Below, piece after piece: positions 1 through 11,106 of a stretch of 64,000 nucleotides of DNA; the stretch's first letter is position 1, and each line of letters opens with the position of its first letter. The notes under the pieces were generated by a model that searched no databases, had not been told where the DNA came from, and saw nothing but the letters and a program-made list of their open reading frames with translations. The DNA comes from Haliotis rufescens (lineage: Eukaryota), in the NCBI RefSeq assembly GCF_023055435.1, contig NW_025963791.1, positions 8,370,001-8,434,000 on the forward strand. Reading direction: 5' to 3'. The translations under genes and the position numbers were made by a program.

Positions 1-535
1 ACCATTATGTACTTTTCGAATGAATTTAATTAGCACACAGTTTGTAATGTTTCCAATGAACAATACAACCTGGATCTTTAGCACTTAAAGAGACGCTTGT
101 GGGGTACGGGTGGCCGATTGTGTAAGGCGTTGCAATTCGCTATCCACTCGTGTTAAAATCCGATAATCGTGGGTTCGAATCACAGGTTCATAGTCGTGCT
201 CGTGGGTTTCACCAAAGTGACAAATTTCTAAGACCTGCATCACTTTGGGCGTTTCTCCCACAAAATACTGGCAGGCGGTGACATAACTGAAATGCTGTTC
301 GTAGCGGCGTTGAGCCCAACTCTACAGTATTATGTGTCTGTCGGTCACAATGTCTCAGATTGTTGAATACATATTATTGAACTTTTATAGTGAATGAGAT
401 TTTTGTCTGCGAATGTCAGAGGAATAAAGTTGAATGACACACGTGTACATTTACCTAAACAATGTGGATATCAATTCACCCAATGAGAATTATGTTTTTC
501 CACAATATTGTTAGATCCTCCTGTACAGATGTCCA

Positions 536-640
536 GGGCCCCGTTTCACAAAGCGTAGCACAAGGACTACCGTGACTCCCTTACTTTAACATGTACTTAC
601 GATAATCGTAGCATTAATATTGCTTTGTGGGACGAGGCCC
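536..640. mobile_element. ~105-bp PIF/Harbinger-like MITE (other copies at ~8324-8433, 13002-13111, 17653-17762, 18233-18316, 50517-50613, 53696-53800)
   Basis: TIRs GGGCCCCGTTTCACAAAGCGA / TCGCTTTGTGGRACGAGGCCC, flanked by CAG trinucleotides. Confidence 0.7.
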
Positions 641-1422
641 AGGCCTCGTCGTGGATCGATGCTCATGATCAATCACTGGATTGACTGGTCCAGACTAAAT
701 TATTTACAGACCGCCGTCATATAGCTGGAATATTGGTAAGTGCGGCGTAAAACAACAAAGAAAGAAACAAAATAGTACTTAAGGGTATGTACCTTACCGA
801 TCACTCAGTTCTTTGATTATCTAATCATGTTGACTAAAAATTTAATCAAAGATATGTTGTATTCTTGCTATGAATTGATTAGGTTTACCTTGAGTTAGTT
901 GCCTAGTGGTTCAAGCGTTAGCTCTCAATGCCAAAACCCAGAGTTCGATCCCTAATATACACAACACGTTAAGACCTATTTTCGATGGCCCCGATATTGC
1001 TTGAACACTGCTAAAATGAAGCAATGTCACACTCAACCCATGCATGGATGGATGAACGGTATGGCTTATTCGTGAAGTGTGATGATACTGATGCCTTACA
1101 TATTAATGTTGATAGATATCTTGTGTCTGTGTTTCCCTGTGGGGATTCCGGGTTAGAAAATGTCCCAGCAACAAGCGCTGGTCGTAAGAGGCGACAAACT
1201 GCATTGTTGATTGTGTGTCATCGTATCATAAGGCTTACAATATCAATCACTGACTTTACAGGCCGTCGTCATATAGCTGGACTTTTGCTTAGTGCAGCGT
1301 TAAACAACAAACAAACATAACTTGCAGCTACTGAACACAAACAGTTGTAAAGAAATAACAAAGACATTGCTTTTAAACTATAACAATTGTTATTTGATCA
1401 ACAAAATGAACATTAAATAACA

Positions 1423-2187
1423 TTAACATTTGTTTCTTCTGAACAGTTTTGTAAAACGGCGAAAGAAAGATTTTGACTTTTGTACATTTTGTTTCTGATT
1501 ACAAATTTCTATAAAATTGGTTGTGCTTGATGACATATGTTCCCTTGATGACAGACTACTTTGAGAGAGTTCATGATGTCTTGTTGACCTTTTGTCTTGT
1601 TCACGAGGTATGTCATTCTTTGATTGGACAATGTGGTCAAAGCACGTGGTCTGTGTAGCTCCTGACCTCTGAACAAGTCCAACACCCTCTCCCTCTCCTG
1701 AATGTACACACAGTCTTTCAACTCTCAACATGTCCACCTCTTTCACCAAGCGATCCACATGCTCCCTGAAGGAGACTTTCTCCTCCGAGAGTTGTCTGGC
1801 TTGTCTCTGAAGATGTTGGTTCTTCAGTTTCAGACATTGGGAACGGAGTCGTGCATCTCGTAGGTCAGCCCGGAGAATGTCCACATCAACCAGGACAGCC
1901 GTCAGCTGCATGTGGAGGTCGAGCTCTTTACCAAGTTGTTTGTCCTTTTTACTACAGTCCCATTGGAATGGTGGCTCGGGGCGAATAGGTCTTGGTTTTA
2001 TTGTGACGTGTCTGGGAACCAAATCGTGGAACTCTGAAATTGCAATAATCGAATTTAGTATATAATCAACTCTATGGTAAGTCTGAAACATTTACCCTGT
2101 TAAATAGATAAACTGGCAGAGAAATGACAGTTAATACATACTTTTTTAAACGAAGTTGCATGGATATGAGAGTTGAAATCACCCACG

Positions 2188-2220
<33 letters not shown>

Positions 2221-2649
2221 CAGATATAGACACACACACACACACCTATTGGTTCTGTAGGTGCAAAACACTCCGCCACCTCGGAATCAAACCCCTCACA
2301 CTCGGACACGGTCAGACCCCTTGGGACTGGTCTTGGTTTTATTGTGACGTGTTCGGGAACCGAATCATGAAACTCTGAAATAAAAATAACCGGATTTAGT
2401 ATTGAATCAATTAGACTGGCAAGTTTGAAAGTAATACCGCATATACATGTACGTATAAAATTAAGGAAGTTGTAAAAATACAGTGGCTGATTCTAAAACC
2501 CTTTTCAATTGAAACAGAAGTTAAAGAGTTGAACTCTGTTAAAATATATAACGGCACACACCTTTCGGTTCTGTACGTGAAAAACACTCCGCCACCTCGG
2601 AATCAAAGCCCTCACACTCGGACATGGTCAGACGTCTTGTGGCTGGCAT
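1423..2649 (-). CDS. Orphan coiled-coil protein, amplicon copy A (3 coding exons: 2649-2562, 2374-2246, 2033-1423; 275 aa)
   Basis: ATG at 2649 (MPATRRLTMSECEGF...). GT donors at 2561 and 2245, tttcAG acceptors before 2374 and 2033, both introns phase 1. Exon lengths 88+129+611=828 nt with an open frame. The same structure is conserved in 4 copies. The ORF-track start at 2091 lies in intron 2. Confidence 0.75.
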
Positions 2650-2728
2650 TATTCTTCGATAATCTCGATAAATGAAGAGCGTACTGCAGTGCTGCTGTAG
2701 CTTGCTGAGACAATGTCAGACAATGGCG

Positions 2729-2757
2729 TGACGTCACAATATCGCCTAATGACGTCA
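2729..2757. promoter_or_regulatory. Double CRE (TGACGTCA x2, 21-bp spacing) upstream of copy A
   Basis: TGACGTCA at 2729-2736 and 2750-2757, ~80-110 bp upstream of the ATG. Confidence 0.65.
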
Positions 2758-3695
2758 TAGCGACGTCTAGTCGGTAGATTTCGCTGTCGTCCGTTCGGTG
2801 GAAGTACCTTCAGAACAGGTCGATATATTTCTTTGTGAGTGTGTTCCGATTGCTACACATCAGCCGAGACATACCATCATTGGATGCTCTTTGTTCTTTG
2901 GTATAATGTCATCAAAACAAGCATCATATCATGGGCTAATATTAAAAAGATAATTAACAATCTAAATTCAAAAGCCGCAAAAGGTATTGTCTATATTTCC
3001 ATGTTTTTTTTCTCAAATGAATTTCGTTTTCGGAAGAGGTTTATTTTTATATTGTGAGCTATGTGATATTGTCATCAGTGGTTAGGCTTTTCACAACTGT
3101 CTATATATCTGTAAATCTATTCTTGCGCAGGAAAGCAACAGGGAAATAATTTGGTCAGCACCAAATTAAAATGTTTGAAATAAATGATTGGGTGTTGAAA
3201 AGAACATTCTGTGTAACAGGTAAAATGAGTGAGTGAGGTAGTTTTAACGGCACCCTGAGCACTATTTCTGTTAAATAACGGCGTGTCTATGAATGTTTAT
3301 TCCCAAAGTTTGGAAAGATGAGATCTCAGCATCGCTTCTAACTTCATACCTACATGCACGACACTGAGTGGCTGAAATACGGAAAGTTGTACATCCTCCC
3401 AACTGCCTTTTGATTCAATTATACAAGTGAGAAATACGTGGAACTGTTTTTTCTGTTCACCTTTTTAGACTGACTCGTAGTTCATGATTATAGTAGATGG
3501 CCCAGTTGTCATGGGTACGGTAAGACGCTGTGCAACCATGCTTCCTTAGCATATGTAGCATATGCAGCTACGATACTCTGGACGTTGGTTCTTGGTTTGT
3601 CAGCACCATACGATAGGCCGGAGGATTCTCACTTTGTTTATCAATAGTTTTCAATGTTTGCAATTACAAAAAAAAACTGGTTCTTGAACTCTTAA

Positions 3696-6600
3696 CCCTC
3701 TGGATGCCGCGATTTTTTTCTGACGCACATTTTCCAAAGATCGGAAAAGTGAAGGTTGTGCGAGAATTGCGCTCACGCGGCACTGGATCTACCTCTGGCT
3801 ATAAAATTACGCAGAGGTGGAGAATATTAAATTTCCTATTTGATGGTGTAAAGTTAACTGCAAATAATGAACCGTTTTAAAAAAAATACACTTATAAGTG
3901 TTGCCCGAGATTTTTTTCTGCCTTGAAAAACCGTAAATTTCTCCGCTTTTTATCGTACACCGATAAAAGTACTGTGCGACGATTTGTTTTGTTTACATGC
4001 TTTACGGAATCTGTGAGCGAACAAAATACTGCTTAATATCTGAACGACATAACTATATACCAAATGGAGTTATATGCGTATGTATAACGACCAACATGAA
4101 ATGCCAAAAATGACGAAAACTGATTTTTCTCTATGACGTCAAAAGGCGACAGAGAGGTTACACACGTACAAAGAAAAAGGGGCATAACTCCGCTCTGTTC
4201 AGCACTAGTTTATTGTAACTCAGGTCAATTGGTGAGAATTAGCTGTGGGTAAGGACAATATATTTTCGTGGTGTTTTGTTCACGAGGAACCAAACTATTC
4301 CAACAGAAATATCGATAAAGAAACTGTATACGTTTAGTTGTAAAAAAAATCCATAAGAAATGATGAAATCGTGCTTCATAAAAAAGAGGTAATAGAGAAA
4401 TGGAGGGCCCTATCTAACCTATAACTTAGTCCTTAGATTCAAACATTCTCCTGAATGTGTAAGTGTAATTTGACTAATGTTGCACCATTATTAATGGAGC
4501 ACTAGCCTTATCATCAAATGTAATGAAATATCCAAAAAAATAACACCGTTCTATTTGACGTCATGGCTGGTTTTATGTCTTTCATAACGTCGGAGAAAGA
4601 CGACACTGGTATTTTGATAACTATATATCTCCCCTAATTTTCGTTCATGATATGGAAAATCTCGATGTGTAAAACGGAATACGACGCTTTTTCGACACAA
4701 CATAAAATGACTGCTTTCACCAATTAAATAATGTCTTGAATATGTAAACAATTAGCTAGTTTATCGTGTGCCTTAATTGGACAAGACACGCACCTGATTG
4801 GCATCAATTTACGCAATGAAATACCAAAAAGAATATTTCAAAACAACCAAATTATATTCAATATCTCGTCTCAGAATTACATACTAAAAGATGCGGAGAA
4901 AGCTCTATTGGTATAAAATTGTCAGGATAATCGTATACGGTTGAACCAACAGCTAGCTAGGGTACTTAAATTGGCATGGGTTATATTTTTATACATTTTA
5001 CAATTCCTGGAGAAATAAAGTGAACAGTTTAATATCCTGTGATCACAACATTAAAAAAAGAATGAACCCATTGATTATATAATGCAAAACGAGAGGAATA
5101 ATTCGTAAATTGTTTGTGGCTAACACGCACCTGGCGAATCGTTAGATATCACGGCTCTGTGTATCAAACGACAAAAAAACAAAAAACAAAAACAATTCCA
5201 AGACCAAGACAATTCTTTCAGAAATGTGTGCATATCATTTTACGAAAAATATTATCCATTTTGTTAAAGTAATATAGATCTATTCAGTTTTAGTTATAAA
5301 ATAAAATGAAACAGCTATTCAAAGACATTGGTTATATGAACTTATGATATTGACTATTACACATCCCAAGAAATACGTACATGCTGCAGTTACCTTTACG
5401 CTTCATCTTGTAACACTTGTCCAAAGGAAAGAAATATAATCGTATTCGACACTAAAAACCTATCAATTGTTATGTAAATAATGTTCAAACAAACAGGAGA
5501 TTATCAAAGGTTCGTTCATTCATGTTGTGGCTTATATTTGTGTATGATATCATTTTGAACATTGACAAATATCCAAAGGGAAATTAATTCTGTGAAAAAA
5601 TGTATAAAACATATGTAAAATCTACATCATAACTGAAACTGTAAACAGCATGATACAATGATCGTGTGCACTCTCATTCAAGGACCTTCACCTCAAAGGA
5701 ATTACCAAATATGTACAACAATGTTGACGTATGACATCACTACCTGTGACCCACTTTTACAAAATGGCGTGTTCACTGTCAACAGTACGCGGGATTTTAC
5801 GCGGGACTTTCGTTGATTCAGGGATCGTATATACATAAATGTGACATGTAAGTAATCAGAAACATTCTGACAATCTATGTACTGTTATTTTTTGTTATAA
5901 TTTTCATTGAAAAAAACCGAAATAGGCAGAAATTCCGATAAATACCGTTGTCGTTGTGCGTGATTTGCGTCAGTCATGGCGTCACACAGGACGGTAACTT
6001 TGACAATTTCTGTTGAAAATATCAAATCATTGCAGTGTATCTATTTTAAATTCCCTAATGTTTCCTACTACTCTCTTCCCGTGCATATTCTGAAAATGTT
6101 GAGCCATTATCTTGAAAGAATAGACGAATGGATAGCTCAAAAAAGTAGAAAATGCTACACTGTGTAAAGTCTGTTTTTTGCTTTGTTTACATTTCAAACA
6201 AGTGCAGCTTTTCGAGCACAGCATTCGTTTTCACACCTAACATATTTTGCTTGATAGCCAATATGGCGGAAAGTTTACTTTGGCGTTCGTGTTTGCGTAT
6301 TTTCCAAAACATTCGAAACGATTCTCGGGTTATCGGAGACGTTTTGGAATGATCATTGGTGATTTCATAAAAGACAGATACCCGTGATCACTAATATGCT
6401 ATTTTGGAAATTCATTTCTCCGAGTAAATATCCTAAATTTAGATTTCAAAACATGCTGTAAATAACGCCGTGAGAGGTGATTTAGTAATGTGTAAAAAAT
6501 GGCGACATTTACGATGTACCTAATTTTCAGAGGTCATTTTCAGTAATTTTGCTTGGCCTAAAATGCCAGTGGATGATATCACAGAACAGGTAATTTCCCA
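3696..6600. mobile_element. Truncated non-autonomous piggyBac-like DNA transposon (right end not found; end coordinate approximate)
   Basis: Starts TTAA|CCCTCTGG at 3692-3703, exactly where homology with the other units breaks. The equivalent TTAA is uninterrupted in copy D (18845-18848). No transposase ORF. Confidence 0.5.
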
Positions 6601-8819
6601 CCTTATTCAAAACTGTGAAGTGTATTTGTGTGGGTGATGTATTTTAAATTTTATTCGACTTCAAAGTGAGGGTTGTAGAGGAAGGACATATATGTCCCAC
6701 TCTCCTACCCAGAGTTCCATGCGGCCGGTAGCCAGCTAGCATAGTACCTCTGCCACAGGCCAGCGCCATGTGACGATTCGTCACATCTTTCACAGCCCAT
6801 TCAAGATATTGCATATGCTTTTCATCCGTTTCATGTTTGACAAGTCTACACATTTTCATAAACAAATGTCAAATAATGGTTAACTTTCATTGAGAAAGTA
6901 TGCAAATACTTAAAAATCTACTTGTTTTTGCGTAGTTATCCTATGTTTGCATTGGTTGTACGGCTCCACGTGCTGTCATCGAAGCCCAACGGAGAGCTAG
7001 CGACACGGTCACTTTGATGCATAAATATATATTGTCATACAACTCACTGTCGCAGTTGTAGTAGCATATCTATATAGTTATGCAAAACAATATGTAAAGC
7101 GCCCCCAAATACTTGCATTAGTCGGTTCTATACTGATTTCTGAAAAAGCGCGTTTGTTTACAAACAAGAGAAAAGTCCGGTCACGTGATATGCAAATTAG
7201 CCTGATATACACACAACGACAAAACGAAACAAGGTAACAATTTGAACACATTTCGGCCAAATCCAACTGTTTAATTTGTGGAAGAGGGTCCAAGTCGGAG
7301 AGGCCTCCAAGCACTGATATGGAAAGTAATCCCGCTTGGCTACTGCCCGCAATTTATATCTCCAAAGTTGCCAAACCTTGTAAAATGCCTTATCTACGGC
7401 ACAGTTAGATGCTGATTTTCAGTATATTCAGACTATTATTTTAATAATGATAGATATTATCCCAGTAGTTTCTCCAGATTCCCGATGGTTAATTTTGACA
7501 AGATCGCCGAATGACAAGGGCGACGCCATGTTTGTTTATTTACAGTGAAAGTAGTCCCTACTTGACCTCTGATATTTGCATCTCTATCCGCGTATAACCC
7601 CAACTGATATCCTTTTAATCCGTTGGCTTTATCCTGCCGAGAAAGCCACCCATTACATGATAAAAACCGATATCTTTATAATGATGATTGAGTATAATAA
7701 GATAGTAAGCACATTTGAAGTATTTTTTACATTGGAACATTCATTGTCTAGCGTTCCTGGAAATACGATTATTCATCATAAATAAATATGATAATGTGCA
7801 TATATATCCTTCTGTTGGAATATGTTGACCATAATCTACTTTTCGTATTCATTTAATTACCACACAGTTTGCAATAATTGCAATAACAATACAAACTAGG
7901 TCTTTCGCTCTTAACGTGACCCTTAGGGGTACGGGTGGGCGATTGTCAAAGGCGCTGCAATATTCCCTATCCACTCGTGTTATAATCCGATAATCGTGGG
8001 CTCGAATCACAGGTTCATAGTCGTGCTCGTGGGTTTCACCAAAGTGACAAATCACCTGCATCACTTTGGGCGTAACTGAAATGCTGTTTAAAACGCCCTT
8101 GAAACCAACTCTACAATATTACGTGTGTGTCGGTCACAATGTGTCAGACTATTGAATACTTTTATTGAACTTGTATAGTGCATGCGATTTTTGTCTGTGA
8201 ATGTCATAGGAGTAAACTTGAATGACACACGTGTTCATTAACCTAAACAATGTGGGTATCAATTCTTCCCATGAGAATTATGTTTATTCCATAACATTGT
8301 TAGATCCTCCTGTACAGATGTCCAGGGCCCCGTTTCACAAAGCGATCTTAGCACTAGGACTACCGTAACTCCCTTACTTTAACATAGACTTACGATAATC
8401 GTAGCATTAATATCGCTTTGTGGAACGAGGCCCAGGCCATATTTTCTAGTTTTCCCTAGTTTCCTTGTCCTATTCTCCCTATTATGTCCGATGTAATTCC
8501 CTACTTTGGCATGTATCATATGATTCTGTGGTCTTTCAGGCGAATACTTGACTTGCCTTTCCATTTGTTTTTTGGGACGAGTGCCACCGGTTGGGTAGGA
8601 TAGGCTCACCTTTTCGCCAACACCTGTTGTCACCTCTATTTGATAGTACATGTAATTCACAAACACGTTAAAGATATAGTCTGAATCGTACAATGGCCTC
8701 GGCTTTCAGCAGACATTTCTTATGATCATGGAAATGATTTTGTATCTTTATTTACGATAGATATTGTTGATGTTTAGTGAAACAATCAGTTCAACTGTTA
8801 CCAAGGCGAGTACTTAAGG

Positions 8820-9080
8820 GACCCGTGAAGATCCGGGTTAGAAAAGGTCTTCAGCATCCCATGCTTGCCTTAAAAAGCGACTATGTTTGTCGTAAGAGGC
8901 GACAAACGGGATCAGGCGATCAAGCTCACTGACTTGGATGATGCATGGCATCGAATCCCATTTGCGTAGATCGATGCTCATGATCAATCACTGGATTGAC
9001 TGGTCCAGACTCGATTATTTACAGACCGCCGTCATATAGCTGGAATATTGCCGAGTGCGGCGTAAAACAACAAACATAAT
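8820..9080 (+). mobile_element. SINE family A (no tRNA head, ~260 bp); paralogous insertion at 13502-13765
   Basis: 12-bp TSD AGTACTTAAGGG (8809-8820, 9081-9092); 3' tail GCTGGAATATTGCYGAGTGCGGCGTWAAAC followed by (AAAC)n. Confidence 0.85.
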
Positions 9081-9740
9081 AGTACTTAAGGGTATGTACC
9101 TCACCGATCACACAGTTCTTTGATTATCTAATCATGTTGAATAAAAAAATGATAAAAGAATATGTTGTATTCTTGCAATGAATTGATTAGGTTTAACTGA
9201 GCTGGTTAAAGCGTTAGCTCTTGATGCTAAAACCCAGAGTTCGATCCCTAATATAGACAATACGTTAAGACCTATTTTCGATGGCCCCGATATTGCTTGA
9301 ACACTGCTAAAATGAAGCAATGTCACACTCAACCCATGCATGGATGGATGAACGGTATGGCTTATTCGCGAAGTGTGATGATACTGATGCCTTAAATATT
9401 AATGTTGATGGATATCTTGTGTCTATGTTTCCCCGTGGGGATTCCGGGTTAGACAAGGTCCCAGCAACGAGCGCTGGTTGAAAGAGGCGACAAACTGATC
9501 GGGTGGTCAGACTCAGTCACATGGTTGATTGTGTGTCATCGTATCATAAGGCTTACAATATCAATCACTGACTTTACAGGCCGTCGTCATATAGCTGGAC
9601 TTTTGCTTAGTGCAGCGTTAAACAACAAACAAACATAAATTGCAGCTATTGAACACAGACAGTTGTAAACAAATAACAAAGACATTGCTTTTAAACTATA
9701 ACAGTTGTTATTTGATCAACAAAATGAACATTAAATAACA

Positions 9741-10549
9741 TTAACATTTGTTTCTTCTAAACAGTTTGGTAAAACGACGAAAGAAAGATTTTGACTTTTG
9801 TACATTTTGTTTCTGATTACAAGTTTCTATTGAATTGGTTGTGCTTGGTGACATATGTTCCCTTGATGACAGACTACTTTGAGAGAGCTCAGGATGTCTT
9901 GTTGACCTTTTGTCCTGTTCACGAGGTATGTCATTCTTTGATTGGACAATGTGGTCAAAACACGTGGTCTGTGTAGCTCCTGATCTCTGAACAAGTCCAA
10001 CACCCTCTCCCTCTCCTGAATGTACACACAGTCTTTCAACACTCAACATGTCCACCTCCTTCACCAAGCGATCCACTTGCTCCCTGAGGGAGACTTTCTC
10101 CTCCGAGAGTTGTCTGGCTTGTCTCCGAAGATGTTGGTTCTTCAGTTTCAGACATTGGGAACGGAGTCGTGCATCTCGTAGGTCAGCCCGGAGAATGTCC
10201 ACCTCAACCAGAACAGCCGTCAGCTGCACGTGGAGGTCGAGCTCTTTGCCAAGTTGTTTGTCCTTTTTACTACAGTCCCATTGGAATGGCGGCTCGGGAC
10301 GAATAGGTCTTGGTTTTATTGTGACGTGTTTGGGAGCCAAATCGTGGAACTCTGAAAACGCAATAATCGAATTCAGTATAATCAACTCTATGGTAAGTCT
10401 AAAACATCAGCACATATACATTTACCCTGTTAAATAGATAAACTGGCAGAGAAATTACAGTTAATACAGACTTTTTCAACGAAGTTGCAGGGATATGATA
10501 GTTGAAAGCACCCACGGCATACACACAGACAGACAGACATAGACAAACA

Positions 10550-10597
<48 letters not shown>

Positions 10598-10998
10598 TCG
10601 GTTCTGTACGTGCAAAACACTCCGCCACCTCGGAATCAAACCCCTCACACTCGGACACGGTCGGACGCTTTGCGACTGGTCTTGGTTTTATTGTGACGTG
10701 TTTGGGAACCGAATCACGAAACTCTGAAATAAAAATAACCAGATTTAGTATTGAATCAATCAAACTGCCAAGTGTGAAAGTAATACCGCGTATATATCTA
10801 CGTATAAAATTAAGGAAGTGGCAGAAATACAGTGGTTGAATCTGAAACACTTTTCAATTGAAACAGAAGTTGTAGAGTTGACCTCTGTTATTATATATAA
10901 CGGCACACACCTGTCGGTTCTGTACGTGAAAAACACTCCGCCACCTCGGAATCAAAGCCCTCACAGTCGGACACGGTCAGACGTCTTGTGGCTGGCAT
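9741..10998 (-). CDS. Orphan coiled-coil protein, amplicon copy B (exons 10998-10911, 10723-10595, 10351-9741)
   Basis: Same exon lengths (88/129/611) and splice sites as copy A, open frame. Confidence 0.75.
10551..10594. repeat. (CA)n microsatellite beginning at the intron-2 donor of the orphan gene (also ~2189-2245, ~15249-15293, ~19993-20009)
   Basis: Direct reading; length differs among copies. Confidence 0.95.
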
Positions 10999-11077
10999 AA
11001 TTCTTCGATAATCTCGATAAATGAAGAGCGTACTGCAATGCTGCTGTAGATAGCTGAAGGTATGTCAGACAATGGCG

Positions 11078-11106
11078 TGACGTCACAATATCAGCTAATG
11101 ACGTCA
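11078..11106. promoter_or_regulatory. Double CRE upstream of copy B
   Basis: TGACGTCA at 11078-11085 and 11099-11106. Confidence 0.65.

Noticed and set aside
6644-6865. YRPHGTLGRRVGHICPS, faintly like the KolX/P2X7-ballast motif of Kolobok transposons
   Set aside because: Spacing and upstream Cys motifs do not fit; too weak without an HMM search
8379-8693. Recurring 83-104-aa ORF MYDSD.IFN... (also 13124-13375, 17775-18026)
   Set aside because: Non-ATG start, variable C-terminus that runs into a MITE in one copy, deleted in copy A, no recognisable domain
10048-10437. Antisense and alternate-frame ORFs over the orphan gene (also 1509-1721, 14733-15122, 20180-20515, etc.)
   Set aside because: Shadow frames of exon 3; they repeat only because the unit is duplicated
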